Positions 42,370 to 51,038 of a stretch of DNA of 64,000 bases are shown one piece after another. The first letter of the stretch is position 1. Every line of letters begins with the position of its first letter. This DNA is from Robiginitalea sp. (GTDB taxonomy: Bacteria > Bacteroidota > Bacteroidia > Flavobacteriales > Flavobacteriaceae). The stretch spans positions 8,898 to 72,897 of the forward strand of contig JAHECA010000005.1 in the NCBI GenBank assembly GCA_024642005.1. Direction: 5' to 3'. The notes below the pieces were generated by a model. That model did no database searches. It was not told the origin of the DNA and saw only the letters and a list, made by a program, of their open reading frames with translations. The translations under genes were made by a program, and so were the position numbers.

Positions 42370-44337
42370 ATGACCCTCCCCAAGGCATTCTGCGCAGCCT
42401 GCCTCTTGCTGCTTACGGCCCTCGCAGCGGCAGCCCAACAGCAACCGAATGTGGTCCTGATCTTTCCCGACAACATCGGCGTTGGCGAAGTGGCCTCCTT
42501 CGGGGGAGCGAGAGGCGTGCCAACGCCCCATATCGACCAGATCGGAGCCGAAGGCATCAGGCTGACCAACTTCAATGTGGAATACACCTGCGTACCCTCC
42601 CGGATCGCGCTGCTCACCGGACGGTATGCCACCCGAACCGGCGAGAATTATTTTGAGGGAGTAGCCCTGTGGGAACAGACCCTGGCTGAGCGGCTCAGGG
42701 CATTGGGGTACGCCACCGGCCTTTTCGGAAAATGGGATATTGGCGGGCCCGCTTGGGAGGGGGAACGGGCGCCCACAGACCAGGGATTCGACCGCTGGTA
42801 CGGCATTCCCGGCACCAGCCATGTGGCCCAGTTTACCGAAATGCCCGGCTTTGATGCCGAAAGGAACCCGGTACCCTACGTCTGGGAAGGAATCCATGGG
42901 CAGCCGTCGCGAAAAGTGAAACCCTTCGACCTGGAAGCGCGCCGCACCCTCGACCGGGAAGCCGCCGAACACGCCATAGCCTTCATGCGCGAAAATGCCG
43001 AAAAAGGCACCCCCTTCTTTGTGTACTACCCCATGACGCAATTGCATTTGCCGGCCCTGCCCCACCCCGACAAGGCAGGCAGCACGGGCGCAGGCGATAT
43101 GGGCGATGCCATGGCAGACGTCGACCACAACACGGGCCTGATCATGGCCGAACTGGAACGGCTCGGCATTGCCGCGCAGACACTGCTTATCTGGTGTACC
43201 GACAACGGGGCCGAAATGCGGCGGCCCTGGAGGGGTTCGCCCGGGCCCTGGAGGGGCTTTTACAATTCGGCCATGGAAGGGGGCGTTCGCACGCCTGCCG
43301 TCATACGCTGGCCGTCCCGCATAAAGCCGGGGCAGGTCTCCAATGACCCGCTGCACGAAACGGACCTTTTTACCACCATTGTGGCTGCTGCGGGCGGGGA
43401 TGTTTCTCCCCCGTCTGACCGCATCATCGACGGGCAGAACCAGCTCCCCTTTCTCGAGGGCCACACGCCACACTCCATGCGGGAAAGCGCGCTGTTCATG
43501 AACCGGTTCGGCAAGATCATGGCCCTGAAATGGCACAACTGGAAGCTCTGGTACGATTTCAGGACGGAAATTCCGGACCCCGAACCCGAAAACCGCGTAC
43601 GCCTGTTCGACCTGCAGGCAGACCCCCGGGAAGAAGTAGACGTGAAAGACTACTACCCCTGGGTGGTCGGGATCATGGACAGCATTGCCCGCGTGTATGA
43701 ACAATCCCTGATCGCCTTCCCCAGGGTGCCGGAAAGTGCCAACCGCTCCGGGCTGTACAACCCGCCGGCGCGAGGTTCAGGCATACCCGAACCGGCCTAT
43801 GACCGGACAGACAGGAAACCCCTCGGGCCACGCTCGGAGGCCCTGCCCCGACCCGATTTTACGGGCAGCTGGTCTACCGGGGCCTTGTCGACCGTATCGG
43901 TGATCAACCGGGAAGCCACACTTGAAGTGCCCGACCTGGGAAGCGGCTGGGGCGACCGCCTTTCCATCAGGCAGACCCCACAGGCGCTGGAAGTGGAACG
44001 CGCTGCCTTTACGGCGCGGGAAATTCAACCCCTGCAGCGCTATCAGTACCCCCTCGACGGCTCACAGGCCGAAAGCCGGGTAACCATGGGACGAAGCGAA
44101 CACCCACCCATATGTTCCGGCGAGTGGGAAGGCAACCGCCTGGTGCTGACCACCCGGTTCGCCTTCCAGGGCCCCGAAGGCGTCTGGAGGGAAGCCCTTC
44201 AGACCCAGACCCTCTGGCTGGAGGCTGCCCCGGGCACGCCCTGGGAGCCCCTTCTGGTCGTGGAAACCGCCAGGCCCGGCGTGCTCGGCGGGCAAACCGT
44301 GACCAACCGTACCTATTATAACCGGGGGTACCGTTAA
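42370..44337 (+). CDS. Secreted Cys-type sulfatase (arylsulfatase family) with an additional C-terminal domain of about 160 aa
   Basis: Signal peptide. Motif NVVLIFPDNIG. Formylglycine signature CVPSRIALLTGR (C-x-P-x-R). Motif FGKWDIG. The domain after residue ~495 (nt 43852 onward) is not recognisably sulfatase. Confidence 0.9.
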   Translation: MTLPKAFCAACLLLLTALAAAAQQQPNVVLIFPDNIGVGEVASFGGARGVPTPHIDQIGAEGIRLTNFNVEYTCVPSRIALLTGRYATRTGENYFEGVALWEQTLAERLRALGYATGLFGKWDIGGPAWEGERAPTDQGFDRWYGIPGTSHVAQFTEMPGFDAERNPVPYVWEGIHGQPSRKVKPFDLEARRTLDREAAEHAIAFMRENAEKGTPFFVYYPMTQLHLPALPHPDKAGSTGAGDMGDAMADVDHNTGLIMAELERLGIAAQTLLIWCTDNGAEMRRPWRGSPGPWRGFYNSAMEGGVRTPAVIRWPSRIKPGQVSNDPLHETDLFTTIVAAAGGDVSPPSDRIIDGQNQLPFLEGHTPHSMRESALFMNRFGKIMALKWHNWKLWYDFRTEIPDPEPENRVRLFDLQADPREEVDVKDYYPWVVGIMDSIARVYEQSLIAFPRVPESANRSGLYNPPARGSGIPEPAYDRTDRKPLGPRSEALPRPDFTGSWSTGALSTVSVINREATLEVPDLGSGWGDRLSIRQTPQALEVERAAFTAREIQPLQRYQYPLDGSQAESRVTMGRSEHPPICSGEWEGNRLVLTTRFAFQGPEGVWREALQTQTLWLEAAPGTPWEPLLVVETARPGVLGGQTVTNRTYYNRGYR

Positions 44338-44353
44338 AACCCGAACAACATCC

Positions 44354-45511
44354 ATGAGCATTGCCTCCAAAGCAACGGTCAGCACCGTCTACCCCGATTC
44401 CAAAAAACACTACCAGATCCTCGACGGGCTGAGAGGGGTGGCCGCAGTTGTCGTGGTCCTGTTCCACATCCTCGAGATTTTTTCTGGGGGCGACCACCAA
44501 CGGCAGCTCATCAACCACGGTTACCTGGCCGTCGACTTTTTCTTTGTGCTGTCGGGTTTTGTGATCGGGTACGCCTATGACGACCGCTGGGGACGCATGA
44601 GCCTGAAAGACTTTTTCAAACGCAGGCTCATCCGCCTCCATCCGATGATCGTCATGGGGATGCTCATCGGGGCGGTTTGCTTTTACTTCAGCGCCTCGCC
44701 CATCCTCTTCCCGACCATCGCCGATACGCCCTGGTGGCAGTTGGTCCTGGTCATGCTGATCGGCTTTACCCTATTGCCCATCCCCCCTTGCGGAGACATC
44801 AGGGGGTGGGCCGAGATGCACCCCCTAAACGGCCCGGCCTGGTCGCTGTTCTTTGAATACATTGCCAACATTTTATACGCCCTGTTCATCCGGAAATGGA
44901 CCAATACCTGGCTGGCTGTTGGGGTCTTCCTGGCTGGCGCCGCCCTGCTCCATTTGGCCGTAACCAGCCCGAACGGGGATTTGATCGGGGGCTGGTCGCT
45001 GGAGCCCACCCAGCTCCGCATCGGCTTTACCCGCCTGCTCTACCCCTTCTTTGCCGGCCTGCTCCTGTCGCGCCTCGCCAAACCGGGACATTTCGGGAAT
45101 GCCTTTCTCTGGTGCAGCCTGCTGGTGGTGGCCGCCCTGTCGGTGCCCCGACTCGGCGGGCATGAGGCCATGTGGGTAAACGGGCTGTACGATTCCCTGG
45201 TTGTACTCCTGCTTTTCCCCCTTATCGTGTATCTGGGAGCCAGCGGCACCGTGAAGGGCAAATTCGCCAACCAGGCCTGCCGGTTCCTGGGGGATATCTC
45301 GTATCCGATATACATTATCCACTACCCCCTCATGTACATTTTCATGGCCTGGGCGGTCGACAATGAAGTACCAATGGGCGAGGTCTGGCCAGCTGCCTCG
45401 CTGGTGCTGGCCGCCTCAATGGGCATTGCTTATGCCAGCCTGAAACTATACGATATCCCGGTCCGGAAATGGCTGGCGAACCGCAGTCTGGGCCCGGGAA
45501 AAGCGCCGTAA
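44354..45511 (+). CDS. Acyltransferase-3 family integral membrane O-acyltransferase
   Basis: The ILDGLRGVAAVVVVLFHI start and about 10 TM helices are typical of the acyltransferase_3 family. Confidence 0.85.
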   Translation: MSIASKATVSTVYPDSKKHYQILDGLRGVAAVVVVLFHILEIFSGGDHQRQLINHGYLAVDFFFVLSGFVIGYAYDDRWGRMSLKDFFKRRLIRLHPMIVMGMLIGAVCFYFSASPILFPTIADTPWWQLVLVMLIGFTLLPIPPCGDIRGWAEMHPLNGPAWSLFFEYIANILYALFIRKWTNTWLAVGVFLAGAALLHLAVTSPNGDLIGGWSLEPTQLRIGFTRLLYPFFAGLLLSRLAKPGHFGNAFLWCSLLVVAALSVPRLGGHEAMWVNGLYDSLVVLLLFPLIVYLGASGTVKGKFANQACRFLGDISYPIYIIHYPLMYIFMAWAVDNEVPMGEVWPAASLVLAASMGIAYASLKLYDIPVRKWLANRSLGPGKAP

Positions 45512-45570
45512 AACGGAGTGGAAAACCGCTCAGATCCTATTTTGCCTGAGGTCTCAACCCCTGTCAGGCT

Positions 45571-45599
45571 TTGCGAATCCGGCAACATTCGTACCTTTG
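45571..45599 (+). promoter_or_regulatory. Candidate Bacteroidota sigma-A promoter for the GNAT/C-N hydrolase gene
   Basis: TTG (45571-45573), an 18-nt spacer, then TACCTTTG (45592-45599), an exact TAnnTTTG match. The box ends 41 nt before the ATG. Confidence 0.45.
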
Positions 45600-45640
45600 G
45601 GCCGGAATTAAAAGGCAGCCCCTAACCCATAAAGCGTCCT

Positions 45641-47170
45641 ATGAAAATCGAAGAGATCGAAAATATTGAACTGAGCAGGCTGGAGCTACACGACTACGCG
45701 GAAATGAAGGAGGTAATGCGCTCTTCCTACCACACCATGCCCGAAATGTACTGGCGCGAATCGCAGATCGAATCGCTGATCCGGAAGTTCCCGGAGGGCC
45801 AGGTGGTGATCAAGGTAAACGGGCAGATTGCCGGTACAGCCCTGTCGATCATTGTCGACTACAATACTTTTGGCGACTCCCACACCTATGCCGAAATTAC
45901 CGGGAAGTATTCCTTCAACACCCATACCGACAACGGTGACGTGCTCTACGGGATCGACGTCTTCATAAAGCCCGATTTCCGGGGCTTGCGTCTGGGCCGG
46001 CGCCTTTACGACTACCGCAAGGAACTCTGCGAGAAGCGCAACCTGAAAGGGATCATCTTCGGGGGCCGCATCCCGAATTACCACAAATACCAAGACCGGA
46101 TGGCGCCCAAGGAGTACATCGAGAAGGTGCGCCTGCGCGAAATCCACGACCCGGTGCTCAATTTCCAGATTTCCAACGATTTCCACCCCATCAAGGTGCT
46201 CAAGAATTACCTGGAGGGCGACACCGCCTCGAACGAATTTGCGGTGCTGCTGGAATGGAACAACATCTACCACGAGAAACCTTTGAAGGTGGCCCGGGGC
46301 CCAAAGAAAATCGTGCGACTGGGGCTGATCCAATGGCAGATGCGCCCCTACCGCGATATTGACGACCTCATGCAGCAGGCCGAATACTTCATCGATACCG
46401 TATCGGGCTACCGGTGCGATTTTGCCCTGTTTCCTGAATTCTTCAACGCCCCCCTCATGGCGGCGTTCAACCACCTTTCCGAAGCCCAGGCCATTCGGGA
46501 GCTGGCTGCCCTTACCGATGGCATCATCGAGCAATTTGCCGGCCTGGCGGTATCGTACAACATCAACATCATCTGCGGCAGCATGCCCGAGGTGGTAGAC
46601 GGCACCCTGTACAACATAGGCTACATCTGCCACCGCGACGGCAATGTGGACCGGTACGAAAAACTCCACGTTACCCCCGACGAATCTAAGGTCTGGGGCA
46701 TGAAGGGGGGCAGCTACCTGAAGGCCTACGACACCGATTGCGGCAAGATCGGGGTGCTGATCTGCTACGATGCCGAATTCCCGGAGCTTGGGCGGATACT
46801 GGCCGACGAAGGGGTGAACATCCTGTTCGTGCCCTTTTTGACCGACACCCAAAACGGCTTTTCGCGGGTGCGGTACTGCGCCCAGGCGCGCGCCATCGAA
46901 AACGAGTGCTACGTAGCCATAGCGGGCAGCGTGGGCAACCTGCCGAAGGTGCACAACATGGACATACAATTCGCGCAATCCATGGTGTTTACCCCCTGTG
47001 ATTTTGCCTTCCCAACCAACGGGATAAAGGCCGAAGCCACACCCAATACCGAGATGATCCTCATTTCGGATGTGGACATCGACCTCTTAAGCGAACTCCA
47101 TCAGTATGGCAGTGTGCGCAACCTGCGCGATCGCCGCACCGACATCTTTGACCTGAAAAAACGGTCGTAA
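45641..47170 (+). CDS. Fusion of a GNAT N-acetyltransferase and a carbon-nitrogen hydrolase (nitrilase superfamily)
   Basis: N-terminal GNAT core (IDVFIKPDFRGLRLGRRLY). The C-terminal C-N hydrolase has the E-K-C triad context: LFPEFF, YEKLHVTP, LICYDAEFPE. Confidence 0.88.
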   Translation: MKIEEIENIELSRLELHDYAEMKEVMRSSYHTMPEMYWRESQIESLIRKFPEGQVVIKVNGQIAGTALSIIVDYNTFGDSHTYAEITGKYSFNTHTDNGDVLYGIDVFIKPDFRGLRLGRRLYDYRKELCEKRNLKGIIFGGRIPNYHKYQDRMAPKEYIEKVRLREIHDPVLNFQISNDFHPIKVLKNYLEGDTASNEFAVLLEWNNIYHEKPLKVARGPKKIVRLGLIQWQMRPYRDIDDLMQQAEYFIDTVSGYRCDFALFPEFFNAPLMAAFNHLSEAQAIRELAALTDGIIEQFAGLAVSYNINIICGSMPEVVDGTLYNIGYICHRDGNVDRYEKLHVTPDESKVWGMKGGSYLKAYDTDCGKIGVLICYDAEFPELGRILADEGVNILFVPFLTDTQNGFSRVRYCAQARAIENECYVAIAGSVGNLPKVHNMDIQFAQSMVFTPCDFAFPTNGIKAEATPNTEMILISDVDIDLLSELHQYGSVRNLRDRRTDIFDLKKRS

Positions 47171-47334
47171 GCCGGCCCGGCCATTTGCCTACTTTTTTAG
47201 GAAACGTAAGCAGATTTTATTTACATTCAGGGTTTTAAGAACGCAGACCTGCCCGTATTCCGGATTTGACCATCAACGCCGAATGGCCGGAAACCCGGCA
47301 GTACCTGTTTTTAACCAACTAAAAACCTTCACGA

Positions 47335-48024
47335 ATGAAAAAGTTAATCGCAGAATTTATCGGCACCGGCTGGCTGGTGCTTGGCGGATGCGGCAGTGCT
47401 GTGCTGGCCGCAGGCTTTCCCGAACTCGGCATAGGCTTCGCCGGGGTAGCCCTCGCCTTTGGCCTGACGGTAGTAACCATGGCTTATGCCATCGGTCATA
47501 TTTCAGGATGCCACCTGAACCCGGCCGTTTCAATCGGGCTTTGGGTCGGGGGGCGCTTCGACGGCAAAGACCTGGTTCCCTATATCGTGGCCCAGGTGCT
47601 TGGAGGACTGGCCGGCGCCGGGATCCTCTTCCTGATTGCCAGTGGCAAACCCGGCTTTGAACTGGGTGGATTTGCTGCTAACGGCTACGGTGAGCATTCC
47701 CCGGGCGGGTACGGTCTTCAGGCTGCCCTGGTTACCGAAGTGGCAATGACTTTTATGTTCCTGATGATTATCCTGGGCGCGACGCATAAGCAGGCCCCGG
47801 CAGGTCTGGCCGGCCTGGCCATCGGCCTCGGCCTTACCCTGATCCACCTGATCAGCATCCCGGTGACCAACACCTCTGTTAACCCGGCCCGCAGCACGAG
47901 CCAGGCCCTGTTTGTGGGCGATTGGGCCCTGAGCCAACTGTGGCTGTTCTGGGTGGCCCCCATAGTCGGTGCTGCCCTGGCAGGCCTGGTGTACAAGTGG
48001 CTGTCGCCTGAGGCATCAAAATAA
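47335..48024 (+). CDS. aqpZ: Aquaporin Z
   Basis: Two NPA boxes (HLNPAVS and VNPARS). Six TM helices. [20 protein letters not shown] is typical of AqpZ. Confidence 0.95.
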   Translation: MKKLIAEFIGTGWLVLGGCGSAVLAAGFPELGIGFAGVALAFGLTVVTMAYAIGHISGCHLNPAVSIGLWVGGRFDGKDLVPYIVAQVLGGLAGAGILFLIASGKPGFELGGFAANGYGEHSPGGYGLQAALVTEVAMTFMFLMIILGATHKQAPAGLAGLAIGLGLTLIHLISIPVTNTSVNPARSTSQALFVGDWALSQLWLFWVAPIVGAALAGLVYKWLSPEASK

Positions 48025-48075
48025 AGCTGTCCCTGCCAGGGCAGTGGCATTTAGGCAGCCATACCTTCTTTTTTC

Positions 48076-48105
48076 CAGATGCCAGCCAGAACCGGCTGGC
48101 ATCTG
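48076..48105 (+). terminator. Strong hairpin downstream of aqpZ (possible terminator, but no U-run)
   Basis: Perfect 12-bp stem: CAGATGCCAGCC (48076-48087) pairs with GGCTGGCATCTG (48094-48105). It is preceded, not followed, by a T-run. Confidence 0.4.
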
Positions 48106-48198
48106 CCTTGGAAGGCCTGCCGGAAATACCGGTAATTTGTACCTTTAAGCGGTATGGGGCCGGAAAAAACCTCCTGCCGCCCAACTAATTCTTTTTGA

Positions 48199-49857
48199 AT
48201 GAAAAACGCCCCGGTTCTTGCCATCCTGTTGCTACTGGTATTTTCAGTTTCCAAAATAAAGGGCCAGGATTTTAACCCATCCCGGAATTATGAGGACCTG
48301 ACCGTCCTTTTCGAGGCGTGGCGGCAATTCGAAAATCCCCCGCTGCGCGAGGGGGCACCCGATTATACCCGTGCCTCAAGGGAGCAGCGCCAGCCCGCCT
48401 TCAAGGCGTTGCAAAACAAGCTCATGCTGCTCGACACCACCGGTTGGCAAATTGCCCAAAAAGCAGACTGGATGCTTGTCTGGGCCGAAATGAACGGCTA
48501 TGATTTTAACCAGCGCGTACTCAAACCCTGGGAGCGCGATCCGGCCTTTTACAAATCGGTCTGGACCGAGCGCAGCGATGTGCCTGCCCATGAGGGGCCG
48601 ACCCACCATCGGACCACCGAACTATGGACCTATACCTTCCCTTTGTCTGCCGGCCAGCGCCAGCGCCTTCTGGCCGACCTTCAGGTGATCCCCGCCCTGA
48701 ATGCCCAGGCCCGGGTAAACCTTAGCGGGAACGCCCGGGAATTATGGCTGGCAGGGATTCGGGACATCAGGCAACAGTCAGCCGACCTGGAGGAACTCCG
48801 GGAACGTCCCGGGGTGGCTGCCGACCTTCCGTTGGCCGCCGCCATTGGCAATGCCCGGGAGGCCACCGAGGCGCTGGCCAGCTGGCTGGAAGAACAGGCC
48901 CCTTCCAAGAATGGGCCCTCGGGCATCGGCAAGGATCACTATACCTGGTATCAGCAAAATGTGCATTTGGTCCCCCTGAGCTGGGAAGAAGAGGTAATCC
49001 TCCTGAAGCAGGAACTGGCCAGGGCCTGGTCTGCACTCCAGCTGGAGGAGCACCGGAACCGCGGGCTCCCTCCCCTGCAGGCCGCATCGAGTCCGGAGGC
49101 CTATGAAGCCCTGGCGGAGCGGGCCGCACAGAGCCTGCTATCCTTCCTGGAACAGGATTCCATGGTGCAGGTGAAATCCTATTTTGAGCCGGCCCTCCGT
49201 GAGCACCTCGGTACCTATGTCCCCGAAGAACGGCGCCATTTTTTCTGGATTACGGCACATTACGACCCCCGTCCGCTGTACTCGCATTTTTACCACTGGT
49301 TTGAATTGGCGCGGATGGATACAGAACCGCATGCCAGCCCGATACGCCGCGGCCCCCTGCTGTACAACATCTTCGATTCACGCAATGAGGGAATGGCAAC
49401 GGCGGTGGAGGAGTTTTTCATGCTGGCCGGCCTGTACGATGACGACCCCCGGGTACGGGAAATCGTCTATATCCTGATCGCACAACGCGCAGCCCGAGGG
49501 CTGGGATCACTTTATGCACAGGCCAACCTGATGACCATGGAAGAAGCCGGGGGCATCCACACTGGGTACACGCCCCGGGGATGGATGAAAACCGAAAAGG
49601 AGCTGCAGCGCTTTGAGCAGCACCTGTATATGCGACAACCGGGGTACGGAACCAGCTATATTACGGGAAAGTACCTGCTGGAACAGGCCATGATGGAATT
49701 TGCGCGTCAGGCGGAACAAAACGGGGATTCCTTTCAGATGAAAACATTTTTGGACCGGATGAATGCCATTGGGAACATTCCCGTTTCCCTCGGCCTTTGG
49801 GAGCTCACGGGCCACCCGCCCGAAACGGCTCAGGGCCCTGCCGGAGGGCAGGGCTGA
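48199..49857 (+). CDS. Secreted DUF885-like protein
   Basis: Signal peptide. The C-terminal segment [18 protein letters not shown] resembles DUF885 (PGQALSYKIG-type). The usual HExxPGHH site is not evident ([10 protein letters not shown]). Confidence 0.5.
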   Translation: MKNAPVLAILLLLVFSVSKIKGQDFNPSRNYEDLTVLFEAWRQFENPPLREGAPDYTRASREQRQPAFKALQNKLMLLDTTGWQIAQKADWMLVWAEMNGYDFNQRVLKPWERDPAFYKSVWTERSDVPAHEGPTHHRTTELWTYTFPLSAGQRQRLLADLQVIPALNAQARVNLSGNARELWLAGIRDIRQQSADLEELRERPGVAADLPLAAAIGNAREATEALASWLEEQAPSKNGPSGIGKDHYTWYQQNVHLVPLSWEEEVILLKQELARAWSALQLEEHRNRGLPPLQAASSPEAYEALAERAAQSLLSFLEQDSMVQVKSYFEPALREHLGTYVPEERRHFFWITAHYDPRPLYSHFYHWFELARMDTEPHASPIRRGPLLYNIFDSRNEGMATAVEEFFMLAGLYDDDPRVREIVYILIAQRAARGLGSLYAQANLMTMEEAGGIHTGYTPRGWMKTEKELQRFEQHLYMRQPGYGTSYITGKYLLEQAMMEFARQAEQNGDSFQMKTFLDRMNAIGNIPVSLGLWELTGHPPETAQGPAGGQG

Positions 49858-49885
49858 CAGGGCGCCCGATACAAAAGAAAGGCTT

Positions 49886-50404
49886 ATGCAAACCTGGATC
49901 GTACTGCTGAGGGGCATCAATGTGGGGGGGCACCACCTGCTGCCCATGAAAGAACTGGTGGGGCACCTGGAGGCCGATGGCTTCAGGGCTGTGCAGACCT
50001 ACATCCAAAGCGGCAATGTCGTACTGCAACACAGCGACCCGCCTGCCAATCGTATCGGGGCGCTGATCTGCCGGCATTACGGTTTCAGGCCTGCCGTTTT
50101 TGCCCTGAGTGCGGATGAGCTGCGACAGGCGGCGGAGGCGAACCCTTTTAAGGCCGCTGCCGGCAAAATGGTACATTTTTTCTTTTGCGCACCCGAGCCC
50201 CCGGAAGTAAACCTCGCGCTGCTCGATGCTGTTAAAGGCCCGGGGGAAGCCTACCGGCTATCGGGCCCGGTATTTTACCTGTATGCCCCCGAGGGCATTG
50301 GCCGCTCGAAGCTGGTGAACAAGATCGGGAAGGCCCTGCCCGGGGTGGAAATTACCGCCCGTAACCTGAATACCATCAACAAGTTGCTCGTCATGAGCGC
50401 CTGA
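49886..50404 (+). CDS. DUF1697 family protein
   Basis: ATG at 49886. The N-terminus WIVLLRGINVGGHHLLPMKELVGHLEADGF is the DUF1697 signature. Confidence 0.75.
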   Translation: MQTWIVLLRGINVGGHHLLPMKELVGHLEADGFRAVQTYIQSGNVVLQHSDPPANRIGALICRHYGFRPAVFALSADELRQAAEANPFKAAAGKMVHFFFCAPEPPEVNLALLDAVKGPGEAYRLSGPVFYLYAPEGIGRSKLVNKIGKALPGVEITARNLNTINKLLVMSA

Positions 50405-50416
50405 AAACAAAACGCT

Positions 50417-50878
50417 ATGATACTGGAAACCCTGAAAACCCTGTTCGACCGCGACCTGGCCAAACTGCAGGTCGAATTGGAAGCCTACTCCGACGAAGCC
50501 CTGCTCTGGAAAACCGATGCGGGCATTGCCAATTCGGCAGGCAACCTCAGCCTGCACCTGGTCGGGAACCTCAACGCCTTTATCGGGGCGGTACTTGGAA
50601 ACACGGGATATGTCCGTGACCGGGAGGCCGAATTCTCCCGCAGGGGCGTGCCCCGCGTAACCCTGCTCGAAATGATCGACCAGACCCGCGCCATGATCCC
50701 CACTACGCTCGACAGGCTAACGGCCAACCGACTGGAAGCTACCTTTCCCGTGAAGGTGTTTCAACAGGAGACCAGCACCGGGTACATGCTGGTGCACCTG
50801 GCCACCCACCTGGCCTACCACCTTGGGCAGGTAAATTACCACCGCAGGCTGCTGGATGGCGGGCAACCTCCTTCTTAG
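50417..50878 (+). CDS. DinB-superfamily (DUF1572-like) protein
   Basis: Four-helix-bundle His pattern (LSLHLVGNLN..., HLATHLAYHLGQVNYH). Confidence 0.75.
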   Translation: MILETLKTLFDRDLAKLQVELEAYSDEALLWKTDAGIANSAGNLSLHLVGNLNAFIGAVLGNTGYVRDREAEFSRRGVPRVTLLEMIDQTRAMIPTTLDRLTANRLEATFPVKVFQQETSTGYMLVHLATHLAYHLGQVNYHRRLLDGGQPPS

Positions 50879-50964
50879 CCGAAAGGCGTAGACCTTCGAT
50901 CGGGTCGCAATACTCGCCCTTCCCTGCCTGTTTTTGGTGTGCCTGTTAAACTATTGGGAACAAA

Positions 50965-50996
50965 TTGAATCCAACATAGAAATACTTCTAGCTTTG
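50965..50996 (+). promoter_or_regulatory. Candidate Bacteroidota sigma-A promoter for the TonB-dependent receptor
   Basis: TTG (50965-50967), a 21-nt spacer, then TAGCTTTG (50989-50996), an exact TAnnTTTG match. The box ends 42 nt before the ATG at 51039. Confidence 0.45.
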
Positions 50997-51038
50997 TTTG
51001 GGTTAATCCACTGCTGCCTTCCCGGTAAACGTTCCTTC

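Noticed and set aside
42301-43704. 467-aa ORF on the minus strand, antisense to the sulfatase gene
   Set aside because: The plus-strand product has unmistakable sulfatase motifs (CVPSR, signal peptide). The antisense translation is Gly/Arg/Pro/His-rich with no family features, which is typical of a GC-rich shadow frame.
45686-46978. 430-aa ORF antisense to the GNAT/C-N hydrolase gene
   Set aside because: It is a shadow ORF in a GC-rich coding region. The sense strand carries the E-K-C nitrilase triad, and the antisense product has low-complexity V/G/H/R composition.
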